Assembly: GCF_009834535.1 (NCBI RefSeq)
Contig: NC_045696.1
Span: 43,216,001-43,280,000, forward strand
Direction of reading: 5' to 3'
Length of the DNA: 64,000 nucleotides
Source of the DNA: Camelus ferus
Lineage: Eukaryota
Shown here: positions 1-13,552 of the stretch, piece after piece
Position numbering within the stretch: the stretch's first letter is position 1
Layout of the letters: each line of letters starts with the position of its first letter
Made by a program: the position numbers and the translations under genes
The notes under the pieces: model-generated
Told to the model about the DNA's origin: nothing
Seen by the model: only the letters and a program-made list of their open reading frames with translations
Database searches by the model: none

Positions 1-59
1 AGAAATGATTTATGTTTCCTACCGTGAAAGAACCATGAATTACGTATCAGCCAACGCGA

Positions 60-260
60 TGTGTCACTTTCATTCTAGTTCTGACACAAAGCAGCTTTGT
101 AACCTTGAATAAGTCACAAAAACTTTTTTGCCTCAGATTCTTAATTCTTCAAATGAGTAATGTATCTTCTCATGGGTGGTTAAATGAGAAAACACAATGA
201 ATTAAATTCTGTAGAGCAGTTCACAAATGCAAACATAGTTACTATTACTACATCATTATT
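60..260 (+). mobile_element. MIR SINE fragment
   Basis: GCTTTGTAACCTTGAATAAGTCAC...GCCTCAGATTCTT resembles the MIR core. Confidence 0.6.
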
Positions 261-1199
261 ATAGGTCTCCATATCAGTTTCTGATTTTCTCCATTTTAAG
301 GGAGAGAATATAGAGTGATGGTACTTAGATGCACATGCATGCACATGCATACACCCTTAATTAGGTAGCGGGAAAGGTAAGGAGGTGCATTTATTTCCTT
401 TTTATACTACAGCTGTGCTCATTGCCCTTCCATTACTGTCCCTTCTTTTCCCTCCCATGGGGCAGTGGAGATAAGCTCCTGTTGATAGTTCATGAATGTC
501 AATTTATACACCCCGGGGGCAGGGCATTTTCAGTGGACTGTCCCCAGTGTTGGAACTTCCTGCTGCTCATGCTTGTAGAGAGCCCATGTTTAAACCTACA
601 GGCCAATGTGTAAATCTGTTTTAGTTCCTTTATACAGAAGACCTGTGGGTATTTCAAAACATAAATGCATTAAATAGGTATTTATCCAACGTCACAGATG
701 TTAAAACTAAGAGGTTTTCCCAGGGACAAGTAAAGTGAATGAGACGGCAGAGACTGGGGCTGCATTTCCACGTGTGGGGCCCTCCACGAGTGTTCAACAG
801 GCAACACATAAGTAGAAAAGATACCGCACTGTGAAAAGGAAGATGCGCATGTGCGTGAGGAGAGGCACTGAAGTGCAGTCCCCAAGATGCTTATGGCTGT
901 TTTCTCAAAGTGTTGGGGTTTCAATCTGTGTTTACTTCCTTCTCTATACTTTCTTCTCTATACTTTCATACAGTTGCAATTATTTCACAATTAGTATATA
1001 ATTAGAAACTACATAAAGAAGCTATTTTTAGACTGAAAAAATACTAATGCTATTTCAATACAATCCAATAGCTTTACAATAAATAGTTTTATGGAGTTTT
1101 ATAAAATCTATTATACCAACTATTTAAAGAGTAATTAAAAGTAAGAAATGATTGTTTGGGCTGTGCGTATTCTCCAGATAGTGAAATGGTATATACCTT

Positions 1200-1640
1200 T
1201 TTTCCTTGTCCTCTAAAGGCAACCCTGACTTGAATTGGTTTTCATAATTCTCTTGCTTTTCTTTACTGTTGAATTATGTATGGATATATTCCTAAGAAGC
1301 ATATCATTTAGTTTTGCACTTTTAAATTTTATATAAAGCAGTTCACTCTGTATATAAGTTTATGTAACTTTTTTTTTTTCATTCAATCTTATCTGTAAGA
1401 CTTGACCCCCTAGATAACATGTAACACTCCTTGTTTCTTTTTATTGCTGAGCAGTGGCCCTTTGAAGGAATAGAATACATTTTATTTATCCATTCTACTG
1501 CCAATAGACAAAGAAAGGGATTTCTTTTCTAGTACTAAAAATGCTGCTGAAATAATTATTCTACAGATATTCTCATGCACATGAATAAGAATTACCTTAT
1601 ATTACATGTGTAGATTGGCTGTACTGGGTCAGAGGATATG
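1200..1640 (-). mobile_element. Ancient L1ME-type 3' fragment
   Basis: T-rich antisense L1 3' signatures such as TTTATTTATCCATTCTACTG. Confidence 0.6.
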
Positions 1641-2234
1641 GTCAATTTCATAGTCATATGCCTGTTATCTACTATACTGTTCCTCACTGAGTTGATTTTC
1701 ACTACTGTATCTTTCCTATAGCATTATATTCTGATTATATTTTTATGATTTTTTAATGTTATATTTTTGGGGTATATATTTTTTTCCTTTTCTGAATACT
1801 TAGTTCAGATGCATAGGGGATAAGCAGTTCGTCTTCATTTCTAATACAGAGCTAAGGTTTCAAATGCCCTTAAAACACTGAAGTAGCTACATCCTACAAG
1901 TTTTGATATGCAGAAATTTTTTGTTTCATTTGTTTGTAAATATGTTAGCATTTACAAATGAATTTTAAATTTAATAATCATATGTATGTGTAATTATACT
2001 TTTTATAAAAACTTCAAGAGTTAAAAAATTGATTTTAAAAATTAAAAGAAATTTTAATTCATTAAATTTTAAATACATTTCTAGTAACAGCAAAGGGCAT
2101 AATCTATAGTAATTGACTCTCAAAGTTGTTGAGACTCTTCTGGTATCAATTATTATAAATATTAGGTTTCCTTGGGTGAAAACAAAAGCATTTCCAACAA
2201 TTGGATACCAAATTCTATATATTTGACTTGACAT

Positions 2235-3350
2235 GGTTAAATTTCAGCTTTTATGCATAGGTCTGTGGTCTATTTCAAACTAAGGGTTCATTTGTTTCCC
2301 ACAGGAATAGTCAGTTGCTCATAGAACCATATCCTCATCCCAGTGAACTACTCTGAAATCCTTTGTCAAAAATCAATTTATAAGTGTATATTTATAGGCT
2401 CTATTGTTTCATTAATCTGTATTTCTATTCTTCTAGCAACAATACATTCTCTTGATTACAGTAGCTTTTATTAAGTCTTGAAATCAGGTAGAGTAAATCT
2501 TCCAACTTCTTATATGGCTGTTTTAGGTTGTTAGTATTTTCATAAATATTTTACAATCCATTTATCAATTTCTTTTTTAAAATTGCAGGAATTTTCAATA
2601 GGGTAACTTTGAATCTATATGTTGATTTGGGTAGAATTGAAATTTCATAATTTTGAAACTCTTCTAACATATGTCTCCATTTATTTAGTTCATTTTTATT
2701 TTCTATAAATATTTTTGAGTTTGTAGTCTAGAAAACTTGTATGTCTTTTAAAATTTTATTTATTTATATTTAATGTTTCAACATTATTATAAAAGGTATT
2801 TGAAAATTTTTATTTACTAAATGTTGCTGCAAGAATGTAAAAATTACAATTGAGTTTTAATATTTACCTTGTATCCTACGACCTAGATAATTCATTTATT
2901 AGTTCTTGCTTATTTGTAGATTTCAGAGTTTTATATAAAATAAATGTACCGTTGGTAAATATAAAACTATTCATTTTTTCCTTTCAGAACTTTATATTTT
3001 TATGTATTTTCTCTGCCTTGTCATAATGACTGGAACTTCTAGTATAGTATTTAATACACATGATTTGAGTAGGAAGTCTTGCCGTTTTTCCAAACATAGC
3101 AACAAAAGTTTGATATTTCATCATTAAGTATAATACTAGTACTAGCTTTTATTAGATGTATCTTATCTCATTGAGAAAGTTACTTTCTATTCTTAGTTGG
3201 CTGAAAATTTTTATCACAAATGGATGTTAATTTTTAAATGCTTTTTCTATTTCCATTAACATGGCGATTTACACTAATTGCTTTATAAATATTAAATTCA
3301 CTTTTTGTTAATATGGTGAATCACATTAGCTGCTTTGCTTTTTTAAAAGA
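2235..3350 (-). mobile_element. Ancient L1M ORF2 fragment
   Basis: CTTTGTCAAAAATCAATT, TCTTGATTACAGTAGCTTT and GTCTTGAAATCAGGTAG are antisense ORF2 signatures. Confidence 0.8.
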
Positions 3351-3394
3351 CACTTAGAATTATGTTCATTAACTCTGCTTGGTCACATGCTTGA

Positions 3395-3670
3395 TCCTAG
3401 TGGCAATCATGAGAATGCACCTCATAGACCTTCTACTGCAGGGATCATAACTGACTACAAGTTTCAGATACTTCACTTTGAAATCCATTGTAGTATTTGT
3501 GCCAAGGCCATTTCTCCAATAGGCTGCTCCTGGCCAATGACTACATACAGTGGGGACATTAAGACAGATATATTCCTGGGAGTCACTGGACTCTCTCATC
3601 TCTTGACAGTAGCTAAAATACTCCCCCAAAGCTTTACCAAATGCATCTTAGACTACAAAGCAGTCTGGGA
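3395..3670 (+). mobile_element. LTR16-like (ERVL) LTR, 3'-truncated
   Basis: GAAATCCATTGTAG...GGCTGCTCCTGGCCAATGACT is homologous to the LTR at 52429-52879. It explains ORFs 3369-3629 and 3387-3806. Confidence 0.7.
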
Positions 3671-3675
3671 TGGTT

Positions 3676-4930
3676 CTTTGTTCTCTCTCAAGATTGTTTT
3701 GGGTATGTGGGGTCTTTTATGCGTCTATACCAATTTTAGGATTTTTTTTTCTATTTCTGTGACAAATGCCATTGGGAAATTGCTAAGGATTGCATTAAAT
3801 CAATAGATGATTTTGAGTGGCAAGAACATGTTAATATTAACTCTGATCCATGAACACAGATTAGTTTTCCATTTAGTTGTGTTTTCTTCCCTTTTTATTC
3901 ATTAATGGTTTATAGTTTTCTGTGTACAGATTTTTTGCTTTCTTGGATAAATTTATTCCTATATATTTTGTATTTTTGATGCTATTGTATATGGTATCAT
4001 TTTAGTAATTTCTTTTTTGGATTGGTCATTGTTATTGTATAGAAACATAACTGATTTTTCTATGTAGATTTTGTATCCTGCAACTGTTCTAAAATTATTA
4101 GTTTTAATAGTTTTTTGATGGAGTCTTCTGTGTTTTCTATACATAAGATTCTTGGTTAATCTAACTAAATATGCATCAGTTAAAAATCCACATATAACTT
4201 ATAGTCAGCTCTCCATATAAGTGGATCCTGTGTATCCATAGTTCCTCCATATCCACAGTTCCGCATCCCCAGATTCAACCAACCATGCGTAAGTACTGCT
4301 GTATTTACTATTGAAAAAATCAACATATAAGTGGATCCCTGCAGTTAAAACATGTGTTATTCAAGGGTCAATTGTATTTTGAATTATTTATCAGGTAATT
4401 CATGGATCTCCATTTCTTTGGAGTTAATCATTGAAAAACTGTTGCGTTCCTTTGGTAGTTAGTGTCTTGATCCTTTGATTTTTCATGTTCTTTGAAGTTC
4501 TGCATTGCTGTCTTCTCATTTGCAGAAGGAGTCACCTCCTCTAGTCTATACTGAAGGGCTTTGAGTGAGAAAGACCTTCCCCGGTCAGCCCAGTGAAGGA
4601 TTCTGGGGGTCTTTCAGACCCTTCCTGTGGATGCACCTACCCAACTCCTCTTGTCTTCCCTGGCGTGGTAGGAAGTCTTAGGTTTGTACAACTTCTCTTG
4701 ATCTCACAAAGCCAGGCCAGGTACTAAGAGTCTCTCATTTATTTTCCCTAGGACAGTGCCCTGAAGTGTTCAGATTTATGTGCCTTCTCCCAATCTAGCG
4801 GACTCATGCCAGCTGTCTGTGCTCATGCATGCTCTGCAGAGGCTTCTGCAAGCTCTCTGTGGATCGTGCATGGGACCCTGACTACAGGGGAGGGCTGGGC
4901 TCCTGGGCTTCCATAAAGGTATTCTCATGC
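3676..4930 (-). mobile_element. L1M (L1MA/L1M2-like) ORF2 and 5' fragments, interrupted by MER8
   Basis: Minus-strand ORF 3959-4144 (VAGYKIYIEKSVMFLY) is ORF2-like; 4377-4930 resembles an antisense L1 5' region. Confidence 0.75.
4170..4374 (-). mobile_element. MER8-like (Tigger2 family, TcMar) MITE, partial
   Basis: TTCCGCATCCCCAGATTCAACCAACC and terminal TTCAAGGGTCAATTG followed by TA (4375-4376). Confidence 0.8.
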
Positions 4931-5039
4931 ATGGGTGGTCGTCAGAATCAATGTTTCTTTAATTCTTGGCTGAGCTTGTCCAGGGTGATGACAAAAAGGA
5001 CAGCTGAGAATTCAGTTTTATCCTTAAAACGTTATAATG

Positions 5040-5260
5040 CTAAAGAAAAAAGGCTCCTCCTTTCCTCATAACACCAATAATCCACAGGGTATTTTTTAAT
5101 TGGCCTGGTTTGTGATATGTGACCTCTGAAAACCCATCATTCTGCCCAAGGGATAAGGTGTCTGGGCAGCCTGGGTCATAAGCCCACCTGCAAGATGGGG
5201 GAATTAGTAGTAACATAAAGGGCAGCTTGAAAAGGGACAAACTGGGGGCAGACAAATAAT
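5040..5260 (-). mobile_element. Old MLT1 (MaLR) LTR fragment
   Basis: TTGGCCTGGTTTGTGATATGTGACC and CCTGGGTCATAAGCCCACC. Confidence 0.55.
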
Positions 5261-6099
5261 GTATTTTTACTTTACTAGGGCTCAAGAGACTTGGGGTGTA
5301 ATTTGGACTCAACTACCATCAAGCTGTATAACTTTGGAAAAGTCTTCTGGAAGAATTTTTAGAGCCTTAATATTCCACACTGGAAAAGTTTGATAACTAA
5401 GTATAGATTCTGGAATATGTTACTTAACAAGGCTACATCTTATACTTAATCAGCTCTTCTGCCTTTCCTCCAAGATTTTGATTTTAAAACTCCGCCTTTC
5501 TGACAAGTGACTTCTACCAAAAAGTCCCTCAAATTCCCAAGCTGTCCACTGTAGCAGTTTCCTCTGTTAGGATTTGCATAGAATAATTTTCATCATTTTC
5601 CTTCCAAAAGTTTTATGTCATGTTTTAGGGTTGTTTCTGATAAAAAGCATATAGCTAAATTTAAAAATTTCTGAGCATTTTCACCTTTTAACCAACTTAA
5701 GGTATTACGATTGCTGGTATTTTAAAAAAATATATATTAATAATAAATTTTATTTTTATGTTTTTCCTTCTTTGGGGGTTTCTTCATTTTGTCTCTTATT
5801 TTATCTTATATTCTATTGATTGGTTTTATCTGTCTCTGTTTTTCCATCTGTTTACTTGCATATATGGATTCTACATTCAATTGCTTTTTTAAATAATAAA
5901 AATTTAGTCTAGTAGAATTAATATGATATAAATGGAAAAATATATTTACTTCTGCACAACACAATGGTCTTAAAATATTTTAATGCGGACTTCCACTTCA
6001 TCCCTCATACGATGCTTTCTACTGTCTTAGTTTGATCTTGTTTCAAAGCTACTCCAAATAAAACCCATTACTATACTTATCACTAATTTTCACATAGAA

Positions 6100-6900
6100 T
6101 GTAACTTATGTTTACCAAATTACTAAGCAACTTATTTACTTACCTACTGAATTCCAAGCCAGTATTTCTCTCTATACCACCTTGCAGTAGTTGTTGCAGC
6201 GGGTGATATTGAGTTTTTAAAAATCTCAGTTTTTGACTATAGTACTTTTATTTCACCCTAACTCCTGAATTATATTTTAGATAAGTATATTTTCATGTTG
6301 GTAACTATTTTCTTTGACAATTTGAAGAAACCGCCTGTCCTGTGGTGCCTTTTGCAATGTGCTCTTCCCTCACTAATTTTTTAAATTTGTTGTTGAGTTT
6401 TTTTCTCATGGTTGATAAAAAATTATCTCTTTGTCTCTGACATTATGCAATTGAAGAATCTACCACTTAGATGCTGATTTAATGTTTTTCATTTAATGAT
6501 TTTATTTTAAGTTTCATTTTGGTTATTTTCCTAATACGCATTATCAGTTAATGAATGTTTTAGGTTGAGTCTGATCTATAAATCTCTTAATAGATTTCTT
6601 CATTTCTTTCATTTCTAGAATTTCATATCTTTTTCACTTCCTACTTATACTTTTTATAGTGTCTTTTTTCTTCCTCTGTTGAACCTTTTAATCATTTAAA
6701 AATAATTATGTTACGGTATCTTTCAGATTGTTACATTATTTTAATTCCTTAAGTTTGTTGTCCTCTAGTTTATTGTTTCTGCTACATAGTTCTGCTCTGT
6801 ATTTTTTATAATTCGTTTTTTGGAGTGAGAATATTTTTACATTGGGAATTATTTTCTCATAGGAATCCTGTACTTTCTAATTTCTGGAAGAAAGAGTATT
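6100..6900 (-). mobile_element. Highly decayed L1/HAL1 ORF1-region fragment
   Basis: TTTATTTCACCCTAACTCCTGAATTATATTTTAG...TATTTTCTTTGACAATTTGAAG resembles antisense ORF1. Confidence 0.5.
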
Positions 6901-9900
6901 ATTAGGCTGAGACAAAATTTTTTACATAAATTCAATAGCTTGTAATATATGAATAAACATATGTATAATATTAAATAGGGCTTATATATATTTATAAACA
7001 TATGTATAATATTAAAACATGTTTCTAAAAAACTCTGAGGTGGTGCATATGTGAATGTGTGTATTTTCTTATTAGGGGAATCTTTTTTCCCCTCAGTGCA
7101 TACAGCAGAACAAGCAAGCAAACAAACAAACAAAAAATAGTATTCTTTCTGTAACTCAAGAGCCAGAGTGCATTCTTCCTTTATTTCTCCAAATGTGCAT
7201 CCCTTCAAGGGACTGTCTCCACATAACGTTTTGAGTTTAATTTTGTCACAAGACAAAGGTTTAACATCCCATCTTGTTGCATGTATGAAAACGAAAATCT
7301 TTAGGGCATATTTTGGGACAAATGGTTTGCATTTATTCACATTCCACCCAAACCACAATAACAATATTTCCCCAGATTTTAGTGTGCTTTGAAATTGAGT
7401 AGTTTGAATTTAATTTTTACTTCTTGTGATTCTACTGGGAATTTTAGCAATCATATCATTTATGTATAATTTCTATGCACTTTTAGTATAGGGGCTCCAG
7501 GTTAACACCACTTGTACTGTTTTAAAATGGAAAGTCTCAATATGCACTTGGAATTTAAATTTTAAACATAACCCAGAATCTCGCTCCATTTGAGTCTACC
7601 ATATTTTTTCTAACTGTTAGTGACCAAGATATACTTTCCACTGCTTTAAAACATAAGCCCTTTCTCATATTCTCCTCTTCCTTATTCTCCACAGATTTCT
7701 TCTTCTTTTCCTGGCCTAAAATTAATGTAGGTCTCCTATACCTAAAGGAAAATAAATCTTTCACTCAATCCACTTGACTTTTTTATTCCTCTTTCTTCAA
7801 TTCATGTATAATTCCATCTCTTTCAAAAATTTGTTATAACTTAAGTTCCAGTAGTATAAGCCAATGCCTTGTCTTTTGAGAATAGTGCTAATTACACAGA
7901 TCTCCTTCATATATTTGTCTACACACATATATTTTATTGAAGTACATTCACGCTATATCTTTGTTTGCTCTATGTTTCCATGTGTTGTCTCTTAGTTACA
8001 ATTCTCATTTCCTTGTAGATGAGGACTGTTCTCTTTATTTCTTGTGACTCCTAAAGTATTCAGGAAGGTGCTAGATAATTAGAAGATGCTTGAGAATACT
8101 TCCAATTCTTACAAATTAATCTATTTGGTGACTTACTATTTGATTGTTTGGGAGAGGTAAATGCTTAAATGATATCTTGCGAGCTTAAAGGAGTCTAGAG
8201 CCTCACACAAACAAATCTGTTATAGTTTAAAGGTATGTTTGGAAACTAGGCATTGAGATTAACGCTAATATAGCCACATCACCTGTTGGTATTATTGTCA
8301 GATCTCCCAAACCATCGTGACCAGAATTAGTGACAGAGGTTCATTTAAATTAATATATTTGAGGTTTATATCTGAACACAAATATATGTATATATAAATT
8401 ATATTTTATATTTGAATATATACATATATATATTCAGACTTCACAACTTCAGAACTCACTAAGGAACTAAATTAGCTTTCCGTACAATGTATTTCTCTCC
8501 TAAGGATTAAGTAATTAAAATTCTCCCAGCCCACACTTCTGGTATAACTCATCCAATTTATAATGAAAACTAAATTAAATGAAAAGTAGAAATATGTTGC
8601 AACAGAGAGGAAAGAACCATTTACTAATATGAGCTGCTAATTTTTCCCTATTTTATATGTGTCCAAGTATATACTTTATCTATTCAGCATCACAAACAAT
8701 GGTCTGTTTTGGACCTATCTAGTAGATAAAACTCACACCTTTCTCTCTATCCTGTCAAATGAGCTATATTGTGAATTATCATATTAGAATGTCTAGGATG
8801 TTCCCGAAAGAGGTACATTTTAAAAATTTTTAGTATTATTTTTTGTTTTGTCCTTCTAAGATCCCTGTATGCTTCCATTTATCGTTCTCTGCTTACTGTT
8901 AGTAATGTTATCTTTCTGTTTCAAAGTAACTGAACAGATTCTTGCCACTTGAAATAACAGGAATCAGAAAAAGAATAATCACAAAGTATAAAGGTAAAAA
9001 GTGTTCCACAGAGTTAATTGATTTTTTCTATGTACAATTAGTGTGTGTGTTAAGAGACATAGATGAATTTACCTCTACATGCCTTCTCAATAGAAAGTAA
9101 GAATGAGAAATATATATATATACACACACACACACATATATAAAGAAAATAAGAGAAAATGCTGCCAATTTTATTCATGAGTCCCAGGCACACTGTTTCT
9201 GGAATGTCAAACAAACTTGAAAGACATAAATACCATATGAACAATACACACTCCTATAATTTAACACCTGTCTCCCATGAATAGGCTATGGCATTTTTAT
9301 GTTTATGTGTTAATGCAATATGTTGCTTTTTGTGCTACTACTGTGGAATATTGAGATCGGAACTATGTACATTTTGAACTTGGCTGTAGCAGGTCTACTC
9401 TGAGGCTTCATATGCATATTTTTCCAATTAGACTCATTTCACCTTGCATGCTTTCTGAATTATGAGTGTCACTGCATTGTTGTTTAAATGTGACTACGAT
9501 ACTAAAGGCAAGAGATTTAGGTTAATGCAGACATAATAAAGATTTAGCTTTTAGGATATCTTTTGGGGGGAATATTAATAAGATAACTAGCATAACTTTT
9601 TTGGTACAATATATTTAGAAGTTGCCAGTAAAAGCAGTGAAAGGTGGGGACAAATACTGCAAATGAACAGTACAGAGAGATCACACCTCAGATGAGTTGA
9701 GAGTACAGCCTGAAATATGTAGACAGTGGCAAAATATCAACCACTTTGCCCTTCCTCTCCCATACTTTCTTTAGGTTGGTGCAGCTCAAGATACAAAAGG
9801 ATGTGTTCAGATTTAAGTGCCAGATTTTAGAGACTGACTGGGTAAAGATGGCACAAAGGTCCAGGACTGGATGAAATCATTTTCTATGATCTCGAGAAAG

Positions 9901-10039
9901 CTACAAGGAATTGTTAAGCCTTAGTTTCACCCACGAAGTAAGGGGAATAATGAAAGCAACTTTCAGGATAGTATGAAAATATATCTGTACAATGTTTGCT
10001 AAACTGAGCTTCAGTATAATTGTCGGCTATACGTAGTGC

Positions 10040-10230
10040 CTACAGAGCCCCTCATACTAAGCACATTACATCATTTATCCTCATAACAACACCATGGAGA
10101 AAGTACTGCTGTCATCCCCATTTCACAGAAAAGGAAACAGAGGCACAAAGAAATGGAAAAACTTGGCCCAAGTCACACTCATAGCAGAGCAGTCAGGATT
10201 TGGCCCCAGCAGTCTTAGGTTCTTACCTAT
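10040..10230 (-). mobile_element. MIR SINE (tail-to-tail with a + strand MIR at ~9860-10030)
   Basis: ATCCCCATTTCACAGAAAAGGAAACAGAGGCACAAAG...AACTTGGCCCAAGTCACAC is the antisense MIR core. Confidence 0.85.
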
Positions 10231-13200
10231 TTTATACGTTCTTCCTCTGTGCAAGTGAATGCAGCCTTGAGATGTTAATCATTTCTCCATCTCTCACCAA
10301 ACTTTCCTCAGTGTTTCCTTGAGGACAGACCTCTAGATGCGCTAGTACCTCAACTCCTCATTTCTTCTTATTGTGTAGCGCCTTTTCCTGAAAGTAAAAG
10401 ATAACATTTGCTTACATTCTGTTTTTATCTAAAGTTAATCTTGACCCGGAAGGATTTGGGAATCAAGTAAGTGCTGTGCGGCAGGAGTGAGCTAGACGCT
10501 TGGCAGGCGTGTCATTTCAGTAGGTCCACAAGCTGAATCTTTCCAAGACAAAGCCCAAGGTTAGAACGCAGCCTCCTAGTGTACAGTCTGTACGCTGACA
10601 GCTGGTCCTCGTGGGAGGTTGATATCTCGCACCAGCAGTGGAAGGAGAAGAGGGGTCCTATTTCCATCGCTTGCCTTGTTCCCTCCTTCCTTTTCCTGAA
10701 CAGAAAGCTATGCTCCTGCTTCTCCTTCATAACTTGCGCAACTGTGTAACTTCTGCTGGAAATGGCTGGGGGACAGGGGCTGGACTAAAGGGAACGTTAC
10801 CTGTGCAGTGGACATGAGGCACCCCCTGACTTGTACCAAGTAGTTACACTTTCTACTGCAATTCCTAGAGTTCAATTTCATTATGTTTTGTCAGGCCTAT
10901 CTCTTCACTAGGAAAAGTTGTTAGGTAACTCACTTTCTTCTACTCCCATGTTCTTGCTCCATTCTGGAACAAATCCTCCTAAAATTAAGAACATCATCCT
11001 TTACCTTTGGAGTATATCTTTTATTTTACCCTGGATTTGACTGAGACTTATTTGATACCTTTTCCTGCTTTACTCAGTAACAAATGTGTCTCATGTCTGT
11101 AGCGCCATTATTTTACCTCTCGTATTCCAAGTTCTGGTTATGTTTCAGCACTGATTTCTTTGATTATACCAATTCACAAATAATCTCTTCCATCACTGAA
11201 CCCTTTTTATGATTGTAGTCATACCAGAATTCAAAATTAAGTGCTCCCTAATGATTTGGTCTATATGTAGGCATTAATCTCTTCAAATCCCTTATATGCC
11301 TTAAATAATAATAACTACATCATGGGTTTTCAATAAGTTAATGTCTTGTTGAAACACTGGCAAACCTTTAAAAAAAGAAACAAACTTGCTTCTCATTAAA
11401 GGAAACTAGGGAGATGGAAATTAGGATTTGTTGAAATGGTGAAAAGAGACGGGAAAGGAGCAAAAGACAAGTTGTACCAAATGTGTCAAGGACAGATGTT
11501 TGAAGACTGCAGAAGAAAGGACAAAAGTCAAAAGTGAGAGCTCTCTTAACCTCACACCAGCAGACTTTTCAAATAGCTGAAAATGTGGCACCATTTTATT
11601 CTCTACTTTGCAAAACTTTGTAGTGAATGTTGGACACATTCCCTCTTCCCCTGGAGAGAGGTGAGCATTCAAACCTCAACCTTGATTGTGTTTAAAGTTT
11701 ACAAAAGAGAGAGAATCTTTTAAAGTACAATTGACTTGCGATGTAGTAACAGTTTCTTCTCCTCACTTCTAACATATTCCAAAAATTTAGCTAATTCCCT
11801 GAAATGCAGTTATATTAATGCATAAAATTATCTACCATTTCACAAGGCAGAGAAGTAAAAATATATCATCTCTTAATGGAAATATATCTTTATTTTTGTA
11901 GGTTTCAATTTTTAGTCTCAGTGTCCTCAGATCTGAAATCTAAGTTTCACAGTGTGTTCTAGCCTCTGACATCTACAAATGTCAGAATCAATCTCCCTCA
12001 GCCATTACTGCTTCTGCCTCATGAGATTTCCTTTGCACCTTTACACACCTGCTTTAAACTTTCTAGTGTTGCACTCTATGAATATCACAGGCAAAGCCAA
12101 GATACAAAGAGTGAGTCTTGGTTTTATGTGTTGTATGGTAAATATAAATTATTTTATTCTTGAGCTTATTCTTGATTGCTTTTCCTTTGTTAAGTCCCAC
12201 CTACATACCTCACATATTCTACTTGAAATTTGTAGTGAATTTTAATTTTCTCTGGTCTTGGCTCAGTGCCAGCTTTAACTCCCTGACCTATGATTACTCG
12301 GTATGATCTACTCCCAGGTAAGCTAAGTCTGGACTCATTAGTTTGATTGCTGCGTGCATGAGCTAATATTGGACAAGTCTGTACTTTCTAACACCTTTGC
12401 TGACACAGTAAAATGTGTAAGAATCAAATTATCCTAAAAGCAAATCTCATAATGTGCACATACTATTACTGCTACCGATACTGCTTAGAAAAGTTTGGCC
12501 ATCTCCTAGGACATATCCAGGTGATCGTGAAGGCAGAGAACTGTAGGCAGCTTCCCATTCTAGTAAGGAACATGTTGATTTCTGATACTTTGTAGAATCA
12601 TTATTTACATTTCACTCAGTATAATTTTTGTCTCCTAGATTACTCCTATATTATTATCAAAATTAATCTCAATGTTGGGATTTCTAATTGATGATTTTCA
12701 TAGAATCATGAATGAAATTTCAAAACAATATAATTTCAGATTTAGAGAATTTAATATTAGGGGTTTAATTACTCTTGGGTGACCTCAAAGATCCATAATA
12801 TAAAATACTTTATAATTTAGCTGAAGCATGGCTTAAAATGCAAGAACTGAAAAATACTTGTAAATAACCTCTGTTGATCACTGGCATCCTCACCACAAAA
12901 TTCCTTTTGTGCTCCTCCTTGTTTTTTGTAAATGTCTTGAGAGAAGTCATTAATAACAGGTAACAGAGGTGTCTCAAGGAATCTCAATCATGCTACGGAA
13001 TCCATTTAGACACATTTCAGAGGCTATGCAGAATTTCAGAAAGACCCATTTTGAAATATCCACGAGTTTAGGTAAATTGCTAATTTATGCATTTTATGGC
13101 AGTGCAGAGGTTTTCATAACCAGCTTCAGGATATTAACTCAGTGGAAAAGTTCATATGTTAGACTCTCTGAAGGTATGTGATAAAATATTATATTTATCT

Positions 13201-13500
13201 GGAATTTTAGATAATTACAACATTTCTGAGATTAATGCAACTCTGACTACATTGATGTTTGGGCTTTTCAACCAAGAACTATTTGCAATCATCCTTTAAG
13301 TGGAGACAATTTTGGCTAACTTAAAATAATTAAGTACTGAATTTAATTGACATCCTTTTGCCTTAAAAAATAATATAACATAAAAATAATTTTTAAAATA
13401 ACAGAAGCAGGTAGTGATTACAAGGAATATAAATTAAAGAACAAACACCAGAGGAGCTGGGCGAAGATTTTAATAAAAATGAAAGCAAAACGCATTTCTC

Positions 13501-13552
13501 GGCAGCAGAGGGAGCTCTTATTGCTGCTTGCAAGTGCCCGGCAGAGGGGCGT
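13501..13552 (+). promoter_or_regulatory. Candidate CTCF site plus a second CTCF-like motif
   Basis: GCAGCAGAGGGAGCT (13502-13516) is close to CCASYAGRKGGCRS. CCGGCAGAGGGGCG (13538-13551) is a weaker match. CpGs are retained locally. Confidence 0.5.

Noticed and set aside
6953..7015. 23-bp direct repeat ATAAACATATGTATAATATTAAA with a spacer (CRISPR-like look); similar pair at ~44688-44726
   Set aside because: Only two copies in mammalian AT-rich DNA; an ordinary local duplication.
6849..7392. 171-aa and 74-aa ORFs
   Set aside because: They cross low-complexity AT-rich and simple-repeat sequence and have no recognisable domain.
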